This document shows positions 13,888 to 26,815 of a stretch of DNA of 64,000 bases, piece after piece. The position numbers and the translations under genes are program-made. Location: contig OZ024744.1 of the NCBI GenBank assembly GCA_964016885.1, positions 80,786,001-80,850,000 of the forward strand, in the 5' to 3' direction. The stretch comes from Eledone cirrhosa. Taxonomy: Eukaryota. The notes beneath the pieces are model-generated. The model saw only the letters and a list, made by a program, of their open reading frames with translations, had not been told where the DNA came from and searched no databases. Each line of letters starts with the position of its first letter. Positions within the stretch are counted from its first letter, which is position 1.

Positions 13888-14775
13888 GCCTATATAATTT
13901 AAACAATGACCTATTAATGTAGCCATGTAAAAATTTGGTTTGTAGTTGTTAAGTGGTATTCTCTTGTAATCAACCCCCAAAATTACTGGCCTTCTGCCTA
14001 AATTAGAAATCATTAGTAAGTTGAAAGTTAATAATTTCACTAAACCTCTCATAATTATTGAATCAGTAGAGCATTGGACAAGCTTAGCAGCATAGAGTTA
14101 CATCCCTTTACATACTAAGTTCAATTCCCACCGAAGTTAGCTTTGCCCGTCACGCTTACGGGATCAATAAAATAAAGTACCAGTGACGTACTGGGCACTG
14201 GGGTTGATTTAATCGACTTTACTATCCACACTCATAAGTTTGCCAGCCTTGTGCCTAAATCAGAAACCATTATTAATTAAAACAATGGTGGTAGATTGGC
14301 AGTATCGGTAGAAGGTCGGACATGTTTTCCAGCATAGTTATGTCCCTTTACGATCCGAGTTCAAATCCCACCGAGGTTAACTTTGCCTTTCATCCTTACG
14401 GGGTCGATAAAATAAAGTACCAGTAATGTACTGGGTTATTGCTGGCCTTGCGCAAAAAGTAGAAACAATTATTAATTAAAACAATGGTAATACATTCTTG
14501 TTATAAAGATGGCTAAAAAAAAAGAAGGGTTATTATTGTTATCGTTTTTCTGTCTTATATTTTGACATGTTTTGAAAATAATTGCTAGTTATTTGATTTT
14601 GTAGGAATATCTCAGAAATTTGTGGTCATATTTATAATTATTTATTTTGTGAAGATGTTTCTGCTGCATAAAAACATTACAAAACAATGCCACTTAACAA
14701 CTACAAAGTTTTTACATGGCTGCATTAACAGGTCATTGTCTGAATTATATACATATATATATATACATACATATC

Positions 14776-14983
14776 ATGTAGGCGCCACGAAAAAGCACCC
14801 AGCACTCACTGTAAATGAGGTTGGTGTTAGGAAGGGCATCCAGCTGTAGAAATCAAGCCAGATCAGTTCCTGTATGAGCAAGGCATGGTCAGCCGACCAG
14901 ACACTGCCCACAACAGGACAACCCGTCTAACCCATGCTAGCGTGGAAGAACAGACGTAAAACGGTGATGATGATGATGATGAT
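14776..14983 (+). mobile_element. RTE family A 3'UTR/tail
   Basis: Nearly identical to 48947-49160 and fused tail-to-tail with the SINE at 14983. Confidence 0.9.
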
Positions 14984-15257
14984 CATCATCATCATCATCA
15001 TCATTTCATTTTACGTCCGCTTTTTCCCTGCTTGCAAGGGTGGGACGGAAACTGATGCTGGCTAGATTTCTACAGCTGGATGCCTTTCCTAACATCAACC
15101 TCATTTACAGTGAGTGCTGAGTGCTTTTTTGCCGTGGCCCCTCCATGACCACTTTGCAGTGGAATGATATGAACCCCAGTTCCTATCATCTCATTTCTAC
15201 AGATGAGTAAACTGGAGCAATGTGAAATAAAGTGTCTTGCTCAAGGAAACAACACAT

Positions 15258-15302
<45 letters not shown>

Positions 15303-15304
<2 letters not shown>

Positions 15305-16106
15305 TTTAGGTTTCTCTCTAAAAATGAAAAGCAGATTGTATGATGCCTGTATACGAACAGCAATGCTACATGGCAGTGAGACATGGGCATTACGTGCAGA
15401 GGACCTGCGTAGACTGGAAAGGAACGAAGCATGCATGCTCCGTTGGATGTGTAATAGTAATATACGTGAACGGCAAAGCATAAATGAACTAAGTGAGAAA
15501 TTAGGAATAAGAGGGATCAGGTGCTGTTTACTTGAGAGAAGACTACGTTGGTATGGTCACGTGATGCGCATGGAAGACGACAGCTGCATAAAAAAATGCA
15601 GGGTGATCAAAATTGATGGTAGTTATGGAGTAGGTAGACCCAGAAAAACCTGGGATGATCTGATAAATTCCAACCTTACACACTTACATCTCTCTAAGAC
15701 AATGTCTATGGACCGAGATCTTTGGTGCTACGCAGTAATACAGAAGACCCGCTTTACCTATGTAGGCACCTCTTAACCAAATATACACCTCAATCCACTA
15801 CCCCTACCCTATCCTCCCACTCCCACCAACAGCACGAGATAATCAGATCGAGGTCGTGTAGGTGTCACGACAAAATACACACAGTCCACGCTGTAATGTG
15901 GCCATGTAGGTAACATGGTAAAAAGTTCCCAGTTCCACACTGTAAATGTGGTTGGTGTTAGGAAGGGCATCCAGCTGTTGAAAACCTGCCAGATAGTCCT
16001 ATATGAGCGAGACAAGGTCACCCGACCAACCTTGCCTCAAGTGGGACAACTCCTGTCTAACCCAAGCTAGCATGGAAAATGGACATTAAATGAAGATGAT
16101 GATGAT
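15303..16106 (+). mobile_element. RTE LINE family B, 3' 0.8 kb
   Basis: GFSLKMKSRLYDACIRTAMLHGSETW...QKTR ORF, 3'UTR and (GAT)n; begins directly after (TA)n. Confidence 0.92.
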
Positions 16107-16142
16107 ATATACATACATATATATATATACATACATACATAT

Positions 16143-16738
16143 ATGGTGGCTGCCAACTCGTTTTCGAGTACGGCCACTACTTTATATGCATGTAGGAGAA
16201 CCCCTACCGATGCGCTGAACGAGTGACTTTTTAGTCCAGCCAGTGACTTGAAAACTCTGGTACAAACACTACACTTGTGACAATTATTGACACATAGTGC
16301 TGGGCCCATGGTACCATGTGACGACAAGTGCTGAGAGATCTCCAGATACAAAGCAATGCCTGTGCCGTGAAGCTTTTATAGTGAGCACAGGCACTGCACA
16401 AAGCCAGTCCCACTCTCTTAACCAAGATGATATTTACCAAAAAGAAGAACAAGTCAACATCATTGGATACCATCAGGGTTGAAGGTGTTACATCAGAGTT
16501 TTCCTTCTCCTAGAATTCTGCCTTGACAAAGGCTAAGGGGTCATCTCTCCTGGTGATTTTGGATGGCCATTGACTCTTAAGCGTTCCTTTGCCATTTGAC
16601 AGGTTTTGTTTTTAGTCCTGCAGGATGTCCAAAGTCACCCTCCTCACCAAGAAACCTTGGTGGGGTTGCCAGTTTAGTCGCCAACGACGTGACCATGAGA
16701 CAGGTTGTACTGGGATACATGTTACCAGATGACCTGAC
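16143..16738 (-). mobile_element. Bipartite non-autonomous RTE derivative (5'UTR-like part fused to 3' end with C2H2 relic); shorter relative at 46960-47126(+)
   Basis: Contains the RTE 5'UTR-type motif ctaggagaaggaaaactctga and the 3' relic CSVCTRVFKSLAGLKSH. Its tail ggccgtactcgaaaacgagttggcagcc resembles ggccatactcgataacgagggggcagtc at 47092-47120. Confidence 0.6.
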
Positions 16739-16776
<38 letters not shown>

Positions 16777-17834
16777 CATATACATACATACATACATACA
16801 TATATACATACATACATACATACATATATATATACATACATACAGACATACACACGCATCCAGAGGTATACAAGTGTGGGTGGGTGCTTGTACCTATATA
16901 TGTCTGTACTAAGGGACTCGCCTAAGCTCCAAAGCCCCTAAGCTATTGCTGTGAAGATATATATCACACTCTACTTTTGTCTAGTCTAAACAATAACTTT
17001 TCCAAACACCCACTTTACCTTTCTTTAAAAATAACACCCACCTCGTTTTATGTCTGCCATATACTTGGATTTGGGGGCCTCTGTTGTATATATATGTATG
17101 CACTTGTGCGTACATACATATATACACACACCTGTATGGATTTGTGTGTGTGTCTGTGGGGGTAAGTGTGAGTGTATGTACAAGTCAACCAACATAAGTC
17201 TTTTTATTTGTAAACTTTCTAAGTATTTGACTAACCATAATTTTCAGTATTACCACCCCACATAAATTCCTCAATTTGTATGTGTGGATGTGTGTGTAGG
17301 TGTATGTGCATGTCAAACAACATAAGTTTTTGTATATGTAAAATTTCTAGTATTTGACTCTAACCATAATTTTCAGTAGCACCACTCCACATAAATTCCT
17401 CAATTTAAGAATGACCTGTAGTATCGAATTTCATACTATAAACCTCAATTGAATATATATATGACCAGGAATGCTTTTTGTGAAAATCAGTCATATGGAA
17501 CTATTGTCATCTTGCCTGATGTTTTGAACTTTACAACATCACCTGCCTCTTTGAGGTCAAATACCAACCCTACTAGCATCTACAAACTGATCAATGAGAA
17601 TTAAGACTATTCCTGCTGACAACATTAAATTATTCCTAACAAGCTCATATGTCCCAAGGCTCTGATACCATCAACACTATAAACACAGAGCTGGCATATC
17701 TAAGAACTGACTAACTGCCTGATGAGGTCATAGCCATTCAATGGCTATCATCGAAATATATATAGCAGTAAATAAAAGATTATGAGTTCATGCAATTGAC
17801 TTATGTTTCATCACTATATACATATATATATATA

Positions 17835-18739
17835 TCATCATCATCGTTTAACGTCCATCTTCCACGCTTGCATGGGTTTGGACGGGAGTTTTCCCCACTT
17901 GAGGCAAGATTGGTTGTCTTGCTCGTATAGGACTGTTTGGCGGGTTTTCTATGGCTGGATGCCCTTCCTAACACCAACCACGTTTACAGTGTGGACTTGG
18001 AGGTTTTTACCATGTTACCTACATGGCCATATTACAGCGTGGACTGTGTTTTTTTTTCGTGACACCTACACGACCTCATTTATTTCGGACTGGATGTTGT
18101 GGCACCAACATAACTTTACATCAAAAGGGGTGGTGTGGATCGGGTGGGGTGGTGGGGCGGGGGTGTATTTTTGTTAGAGGTGCCTACTGACTATTGGTTT
18201 CGCTTTGTACTTAGGCAAGGCGGGTCTTCTGTGTTACTGTGTAGCGCCAAAGATCTCGGTCCAGTGACATTGTCTTGAAGAGGTGTAAGTGTGTGAGGTC
18301 GGAATTTATCAAGTCGTCCCAGGTTTTTCTGAGTCTGCCTACTCCGTGGCTACCGTCTATTTTTATATAGCTGTCGTCTTTCATGTGCATCTCGTGATCG
18401 TACTAACGTAGTCTTCTCTTGAGTAAAGAACATCTGATTCCTCTTATTCCTAATTTCCCCCTTTGTTCATTTATGCTTTGCCGTTCTCGTATATTACTAT
18501 TACACATCCAGCGGAGCATGCAAGCTTCGTTCCTCTCCAATCTGCGTATATCCTCTGCACACAATGCCCAGGTCTCACTGCCATGTAACATTGCTGTTCG
18601 TATGCAGGCATCATACAGCCTGCCTTTCATTTTTAGAGAGAACCCTTTAGCGGCCAATAGTGGTATAAGCTCTCTGAACTTTTTCCATCCCGTTCCTCCT
18701 CTGTTGTCGAGTACGTCTTGTCCTGACTATGAGGTCACT
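17835..18739 (-). mobile_element. RTE LINE family B copy with large internal deletion
   Basis: 17835-18695 matches 19235-20119, and 18696-18739 matches 21890-21932 of the long copy. Confidence 0.88.
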
Positions 18740-19234
18740 TACATTTAGCTTTGCTATGAACACATGGGTTTCTCAATCGAGGAGACGTATCGATTGTAAA
18801 GGGGACTCTTTAGTCTTTTTGAAGACATAGCAGCCTCACTAGTGCTATTGGTACCATGATAAAAGGTACCCATTAATTTCTCCAAAGAGGTTTGATATTA
18901 GAAAGGGTATTTAGCCATACTTAACTCCCTTTATGAAAAAAAAAAAAAAAAAAAAAAACGAAAGAAAAAAAAATCCTGTTCCAACAAAACAGAAATCAAT
19001 ATTTCCAAGAATACCATTTACATGATACAGAGTTTAGTTAATGAACAATCATAAAAAGCTTAAATATTATTATTCTGTTGATTTTCATGTTGGCATTTAG
19101 AATCTTCTTGTAATTGTCTCTCTTCAAGAATAATTACATACTAATTTTTAAGTAAAATGTCAGATTTGTTAACTCATAAAAAAATCTTTGTGTATGTGTG
19201 TGTGTGTGTGTGTGTATGTATATATATATATATA

Positions 19235-22051
19235 TCATCATCATCATCGTTTAACGTCCGTGTTCCACGCTTGCATGGGTTTGGACGGGAGTTTTCCCAC
19301 TTGAGGCAAGAGTGATTGTCTTGCTCGCATAGGACTGTCTGGCGGGTTTTCTACAGCTGGATGCCCTTCCTAACACCAACCACATTTACAGTGTGGGGCT
19401 GGGAGGTTTTTACCATGTTGCCTACACGGCCACATTACAGTGTGGACTGTGTTTTTTTGTTGTGACATCTACACGATCTCATTTGTTTCGGCCTGGATGT
19501 TGTGGCACCAACATAACTTTACATTGGAAGGGGCGGTGTGGATGGGGTGGGGGTGGTGGGACGGGGGTGTATTTTGTTAGAGATGCCTACTGACTGTAGT
19601 AGGTTTTACTTTGTATTTAGGTAAGGCGGGTCTTCTCTATTACTGAGTACCGCCAAAGGTCTCGGTCCAGTGACATTGTCTTGGAGAGGTGTAAGTGTGT
19701 GAGGTCGGAATTTATCAGCTCGTCCCAGGTTTTTCTGGGTCTGCCTACTCAGTAGCTACCGTCTATCTTTATTGCCCTGCACTTTGTTATACAGCTGTCG
19801 TCTTTCATGCGCATCACGTGACCATACCAACGTAGCCTTCTCTCGAGTAAACAACATCTGATCCCCCTTATTTCTAATTTTTTCCTTAGTTCGCTTATGC
19901 TTTGCCGTTCACGTATATTACTATTACACATCCAGCGGAGCATGCAAGCTTCGTTCCTCTCTAGTCTGCGTATATCCTCTGCACACAATGCCCAGGTCTC
20001 ACTGCCATGCAACATTGCTGTTCATATGCAGGCATCATACAACCTGCCTTTCATTTTTAGGGAGAACTCTTTAGCGGCTAATAGTGGTATAAGCTCTCTG
20101 AACTTTTTCCATCCAGTTCTGACTCTAGCTACTGTACTTTCAGAGCACCCTCCCCCACTGCTGATTTTGTCACCCAGGTAACGGAAGTTGTCCACTATTT
20201 CTATAGAACCCTCTGCGCAATTGAAAGAGCTAGTATTTTGTGGGCACTTGCTGCTACTTATTGCACCAGAGCACCAGCCACATGTAAAATCTATGTTCTT
20301 AGTTAGCTTACCTGTGATCCCACTACATCTTTTATGCACCCATACTTTGCATTTGGGACATAAAATGGAGTTTCTACCTACGCCTTTCCTACACACTGAG
20401 CATGGCCATTTCCCGGAAGGGACCGTCGCCTTATTTTCTTTCCTACAAACTAGAACTTTAGTCTTAGCCAGGTTAATTTTAAGGCCTTTTGATTCTAGGC
20501 CGTGCTTCCATGTTTGGAATTTCTTCTCTAGCTCGGCCATTGATTCAGCTATGAGCGTTAGATCATCTGCGTATAGGAGCTCCCATGGGCAGCCGGTCTT
20601 GAACTCCACTGTTATAGCCTGAAGGGCAATAATAAATAGTAGGGGGCTAAGAACAGAGCCCTGATGAACACCAACTTTTACACTAAACTCTTCACTATAT
20701 TCATTGTTAATTCTAACCTTGCTGACTGTTTCTTTATACATGGCTTGTATAGCTCTCACAAGCCATTCGTCAACACCTAGTTTTCTAAGAGCCCACCAGA
20801 TAATGGAACGGGGGACTCTGTCGAAGGCTTTCTCCAAGTCAACAAAAGCTAAGTATAGGGGTTTACTTTTAGCTAGGTACTTCTCCTGTAGTTGTCGTAC
20901 AATGAAAAGAGCGTGTGTGGTACTTTTACCTGACACAAAACCGAACTGCATTTCATCTAGATCGATTCTCTCTCTGATTAGTTGCGCTATTACTTTTTCC
21001 ATGACCTTCATGACCTGGTCGATTAATTTAATGCCTCTATAGTTACTCCTATCTAGGGCATCTCCTTTACCCTTGTAACAGTTAATGATGATGCTGCTAC
21101 ACCAGTCCTTCGGAACAACCCCATTCTGTATGACTTGGTTTACTATCCTGGTGACCATGGTGTGTCCCACCGTTGAAGAGGCTTTCAGCATCTCAACAAC
21201 TATTTCCGAAGGCCCAGCCACCTTACCCATCTTCATATCTTTGATTGCCTTACTTATTATACTACGTTCGACTAACACTGCCGGTCCCTCTATTGGGTCG
21301 ATGTGGGGCAGACTGTCTTTCTCCCATTTATGCTCCTCATTTAGAAGCCTTTCGTAGTGACACTTCCAAGCTACCTTCTTATCAGCATCAGTGATGGCAA
21401 GTACGCCATCATCATTAAGTACACACTTCTCCCCGACAATATCACGGTTTTCCTTGACACATTGCCTAGCAATCCTGAACACCTCACGTTTTTGGTCCTC
21501 ACGTTGTAGAACATGCTTGAACTTTCTTTCCTCTGCTTCCCTTCTTGCGAAGTACACTTGTCTCCTAGCTTCCCTCCTGGCCACTTGATAGTCTTCTCTA
21601 CTTCCCCCATCCCGCCATACTTTCCAAGCCTGTTTTTTGGCCTTAATTGACTCCTCCACCTTACTGTTCCACCACCATGTTACTCTCCTCCTACCTACAG
21701 GCCTGCTCCAGCCACAGACTTCATCTGCCACCGTCAGCAGGTTTGCTTTCAGGAATTCCCACTGTTCCTCTATATTATCTGACTCTAATTGCTCTTCCTT
21801 ACAGTCGAAAGCATCAAGTAACATGCTTTGAAATTTATTTCTGGCTGTGGGGTCCTTTAGCTTCCATATTTTTCTCCTGAGGATAGTCCTCTTCTGTTGT
21901 CTAGTACGTCTCGTCCTGACTATGAGGTCGCTAATTAGCAGTCTATGTTGGGAGGTGCATTCTTCATGGGGGAGGGATTTAGTGTTTACAACAGACACTG
22001 TCACGTCTTCTGGTAAGGATATAATCTACCTGGCTTGTGTGTTCCCCCGAT
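19235..22051 (-). mobile_element. 5'-truncated RTE LINE (family B), end of APE domain + RT + PHD + C-terminus, with two nonsense mutations
   Basis: 660-aa ORF 20022-22004 (WWWN, NYRGIKL, YADD, PHD). The reading frame continues through TGA at 20022 (CGA in sister copies) and TGA at 19749 (GGA). The QVDYIL endonuclease motif lies at the 5' edge. (GAT)n tail at 19235; (TA)n on both sides. Confidence 0.95.
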
Positions 22052-22327
22052 CTATATATATATATATATAAACCCATGCAAGCATGGAACACGGACGTTA
22101 AACGTTGATGATGATGATGATGATATATACTTCCTAATTTTACCCATTTGATAACTGTTCTAACACAGACAAAACAATAAGGTTGTTAACATTGTCAGGA
22201 ATGCTACTAAGGCAGAAGAAATACTTTGTTAAAGTTCTTTAACACTTTTGTTATGGTATTTACAAATAAAATACACTGCCACTCTGTATCAATTAATTTT
22301 GAAAAAATTGAGAATTTGGTAAAAATC

Positions 22328-22835
22328 AGAAGGGAAGCAGGCGTAAAAGCCAAACCTGCTATCTTCAATTCGGTAATCGTGCTAACTCTTACCTATGGTC
22401 ATGAATCTCGGCTAATGACTGAAAGAATACGATCGTGAATACAAGTGGCTAAAATGAGGGTTCCTCCGAAGGGTCTTCTTTGGACTAACATTACTCGAAA
22501 GAGTGTGTAGCTTGGAGATCAGAGAGTCACTCCAGGTAGAGCTGCTACTTCTCCGAATTGAGTGATCACATCTCCGATACTATGGGCATGTGGTTAGAAT
22601 GTCTTAGGGAAGATTCGCTGGACAGATTTTACGGGGGTAAAACCAGCAGATAGGAGACCCAAAGGTAGACCCCGAGCAAGATGGTTGAATAACATCCATG
22701 GGCTTGGCTGGTCTCGCTTGGGGATCCAGTCGGATCAGTTGGAGATGTTTGCTTCTGACAGGACCAGCAGGAGGGAGTGTTTGAGGACTGCCCCAACCAC
22801 CCTCTCAGGAATATGTGGGCGAAGAAGAAGAACAA
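22328..22835 (+). mobile_element. 3' fragment of an Expander/Rex3-like RTE LINE with (GAA)n tail; related copies at 26150-26325(+), 29480-29905(+), 42394-42770(-), 44480-44720(-), 56030-56290(-)
   Basis: Decayed frame reads AKPAIFNSV..LTYGHES..MTERIRS.IQ.A.M.FLRRV...YYGHVVRM...RRPKGRPRARW. The LTYGHE/MTERIRSRIQAAEM motif is typical of Expander/Rex3. Confidence 0.8.
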
Positions 22836-25279
22836 GAAAAAGCAGATGAAGAATTTGGAGAAATTTATCAGATATACACGTATATAAGATGAGAAATATG
22901 TAACAAAAAAAAAAAATAATAAATGAATATATTCGAGGTCCATATTTTGCCAATTTTCATCAACTTCAAATTCTACGTAAATAAAGTGCTAAAATATCTG
23001 GAGTGATTATTTTACAATGAAACACACATACACACACGTGCACACGCATTATACATACGCCAACTGGTTGTCTCTGTAACATGATTATACTTGTTTCTCC
23101 GTCCCTCTTCTACTCCATAACCCCCCCCCCCCATACAATGTTATCGTATTCAATCTCTTGCTTCCAACTACACCCAGCATGTGAGTGACGGAACTAAATA
23201 AAAATTCAAGAAACCAGCTGAAACTTTATAAAATGTATGATATGGTATAAAAAATCATTACGTAATGTAGTTGTGAAACACAAAACTATACTCTAAACAC
23301 TTAAAATATTTTAAATATCAAAATATTAAAACTTCATAAATATATATTATATTCATGAGAATTTGAAAAACACACCATCTAAACACAATGTGTTGATTAA
23401 CTAACTGCCTTGGATTATAAACAGGGTTTGGATTTTTGCGCATTTCTTAGACATAAAATGTATGTGTGTGTGTGGGTGGGGTGGGGGGGGGCTTATATTT
23501 AAATTGATTTATATTTGAATATATATATGGTAATAACAAATCTATGATGACATCTCTCATCATGTGAACATGTTTCAGCTAACAGTAGCTCAGATTTGGT
23601 CCTCAAGGCACTAACCCTTTTAGTCACCTCACATGGAAGGACCAAATCTGGAACACATAGAAGGATCAAATCTAGAATGGGAAAATGCTCCCACTGGATA
23701 AGCAAAGATTTTTTTTGCATAGAAGCATTTACTGAAAATCATCACCATTATCATCCATTTACATTTAATTTCCATGCTCACATGAGTTGGAGAATTATGT
23801 CTTGTTCATTATGCCATTTCTTAGCATGGCTTCTGTAGCTGGATGCCCTTCTTAATACCAAACATTTTACAGAGTGCACAGAGTGCATTTTATTGTCACC
23901 GACCATAGAAAGGTTGTCATGTACTCAGGAGCACTGAGGAGTCCTCTCTACTCTATAATGTCTCCGTTTGATCACCAACCACTTTACAGAGTGTACTTGG
24001 TGCAATTCATCATGACACACCAGCAGTTGAGAGGTTATCATGTGCAAAACGTGACCGAAAAGTTCTCTCTACCCTACATTGTCTTCAACTATTTCACAAA
24101 ATGTCTTATCTAATTCATGACATGCCAAAACAACACTGTACTGGAATAATGTGGGGGTGTAATACAAAATACAGAAGGCTTCCCCACTAATTAATGCAAC
24201 ATTTTCAGATAACATCTGCAACGTTTGCATATGCACAGAACACATACTGACCTCTCCATATAAACATACAGGAGATTATAGAAGTTTTTATTTAATGATC
24301 AAATTATTCAAGTTATCTTTATACTATTAAAAAAAAAATACCCAAATGAACTGATGAAGGCATATGGCCTAGTTGTTAGAGTGTTGAGTATTGCAATCAT
24401 ATGGTCACTCCTTCAAATCCCAGACCAGGCAACATATTCAGTACCTGACCAAGACATTTCATTTCACATTGCCTCAGTTCACTCAGCTGAAAATAAATAC
24501 CACCAACAGCTGAGAACTAGCCCTACAATGAACTGCCATTCCATCTGGGGTGAGGAAAAAGAGTCTTGTACTGTTAGCTTCTTAACATTCTATGAAACGA
24601 GGATAATCCCTACATCTTCATTCAACAAAAGCAAGTATGGCAGAAGGGACATCTAACAAATTATTTGCATTTAATTTCTCTGTACCCACCAATGTTACCC
24701 CCCCCCCCCCACACACACACACACCACCACCAATTAGAATCATGGACATACAGCATTATATAGATGAGCATTGGGGCAATTATCCATGATCCCTGACCTC
24801 AGTAATGAGGATGGGAAGAGACGAGACGAGACCAGGCTAGGCCAATTTCTCTGTAATTATTATTTATAAATACTAAAGACAATATGCTAACATGCTTTGA
24901 AGTATTTAGTTTCATTCTCTAACAAGTTTCATTTGAGTTCAAATTTCATCTGAACTCTGCATTCTCTTAACTTAAATATTTATTAGTTGACATTTAGCTC
25001 CAAGTAAGCTTTAATCAAGAAGAAATATGATCAAAATATTCCAACCCTTTTCATACCAACTGTTTTTTAGAGTGTTATCTCAGACTACATTATTCAATAT
25101 GTCTTTCCAATTTTTTTTAATTAGGAGTGCGTAATTAGATGGATTCAATCACCTCCTATGAAGATGATCATATGACGTAACAAAAATTCATCATCATGTC
25201 GATAAGGAGATGGTCTTTTCTCAATTTTTTTTTTTAGTGGGTGACTAAGAACAAGAGTAAGAAGAAGAAGGTAATCATC

Positions 25280-25545
25280 ATCTTTTAAATCTATCTTTCA
25301 ATGCTTGCATGGAAAGATAGATAGGTCTTCTCCAGCACAAGTTTCTCTCCACTTGTTGCATTCCCTAATCATCTTCCATGTGAGATTCAGCGATTTGAGA
25401 TCCTCTCTCACCACTTCAACCCAGGTTTTCCTCAATCTTCCTTCAATTAAGATTACATAAATTTAGCATCTCCTCCCCCAATGATCATCATCCATATGCA
25501 CTACATGTATATAGCAGTGTAATCTCTCCTGTGTGCAACATCAGG
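25280..25545 (-). mobile_element. Decayed RTE 3' fragment
   Basis: The minus strand resembles the GRxRKTW...DL segment, followed by a catgcaagcat stem-loop tail. Confidence 0.6.
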
Positions 25546-25711
25546 CCATTGGTAATAAATAAATGAATGCTTGCTTGCGCTGCTTGTTATAGGCCTAGAT
25601 TTGTACTGGTTGCTATGAATCTATACAATTGAAAATAATTGACACTGTGGTCAGTGACTGATATTCAGAGCGCACACTTTATGCATTTACTGCTTAATTA
25701 ATTTTCAGATA

Positions 25712-25718
<7 letters not shown>

Positions 25719-25745
<27 letters not shown>

Positions 25746-25855
25746 AAGAAAGAAATAGAGAGAGAGAGAAAAAGAGAGAGAGAGAGAGAGCAAGAGAGAG
25801 AGAGAGAGACAAAGAAAGAGAGAGAGAGAGACAAAGAAAGAGAGAGAGAGAGACG
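25719..25855. repeat. (GA)n microsatellite (CT-rich on the gene strand) just downstream of the exon donor
   Basis: Seen directly in the sequence. Confidence 0.95.
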
Positions 25856-25894
25856 GACACAGAAAGGTAGATATAGAAAGAAAAAGGTACTCAC

Positions 25895-26032
25895 AAGAAA
25901 TACTTCAAATTTTTGATTTAGTTCTGCCTCTGAAAGATTATCTGATGGGTTCTCAATTCCATTATGCTCATCCTCTTTACTTGGATGAGGACTAACATTG
26001 CGCCGGAATATCGTATCACTGACTTTCTCCAG
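25895..26032 (-). CDS. Internal coding exon (46 codons, phase 0-0) of a probable Diaphanous-related formin, N-terminal region entering the GTPase-binding domain
   Basis: Minus strand reads ttttcag|CTGGAGAAA...GTATTTCTT|gtgagt, with canonical acceptor and donor and a length of 138 bp. Peptide LEKVSDTIFRR...DNLSEAELNQKFEVFL resembles, from memory, the DIAPH1 segment LERFTSMRIK...DVSDEQVLVLFEQML that precedes DMNL. Neighbouring exons were not found in the window. Confidence 0.7.
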
Positions 26033-26529
26033 CTGAAAATTAAACAAGAAATTTTAAATTATTATAATGTAAACCCAATTTGAAAAAAGTAATGAATTTA
26101 AAAAAAAAAAATGAATTTCAAAATAATGATTTCTAATTTAGGCACAAGGCCTAATGTGCAAGATGGTTGGATAACACCCAGGAGCTTGGCTGGTCTCGCT
26201 TGGGGATCCAGCCGGATCAGTTGGAAACGGTTGCTTCTGACAGGACCCACTGGAAGGAATATTTCAGGACTCTGCCCTAACGACTCTCAGGAATAAGTGG
26301 GCAAAGAAGAGGAAGAAGGAGAAGAAGGCACAAGACCAGCAATTTGTGGGGAGGAGAAAATTGATTATATCAACTGACAGTTCTTTACTGGTACTTTATT
26401 TTTATCAACCCTGTAAGGATGAAAGACAAAGCTAACTTTGGCAAGATTTGAACTCAGAACATAACGAACAGGAACAAATATATTTGTTTGGCATTCTAAC
26501 AAATCTACAAATGTAAATAACACAATAAG

Positions 26530-26815
26530 CCTTTTAAGGCCATTTTCTCTGCTATAGGATGAAGAACTCGGAGCTGTATGGGAGCTTTCCAAATGCAGCT
26601 CAAAAGTGACACAGCTGGATATGCTCACCAACATTCAGAGTTGACACTACACTCTGTGGTCCTGTGAGAGCCCCTACACGGACACACTGGAAGAGGGAGA
26701 CCAAGGATGACGTGTTGATGCCCTAAGGACAGACACTGGTATATGGGAGATGCGGGATGTAGCAGCAATGATGAAGGACAGAGACCACTGGAGAGAACTT
26801 ATCCATGGATCTTAG
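26530..26815 (+). mobile_element. Decayed RTE/RTEX-like LINE 3' fragment; similar relic at ~30200-31020
   Basis: Relic motifs NSELYG, AGY.H.H.E, VL.EPLHG..GRGRP, DTG and M.DRDHWRE. Confidence 0.55.

Noticed and set aside
19235-22051. Autonomous full-length LINE
   Set aside because: Lacks most of the APE domain and the 5'UTR, and has two in-frame stops.
1-25894. Next formin exon (expected to begin near DMNL)
   Set aside because: No convincing match found by eye; it probably lies outside the window, which also limits confidence in the gene call.
25694-26047. 117-aa single-exon gene
   Set aside because: Only 25895-26032 is exon-like; the rest is splice-site and (CT)n intron sequence.
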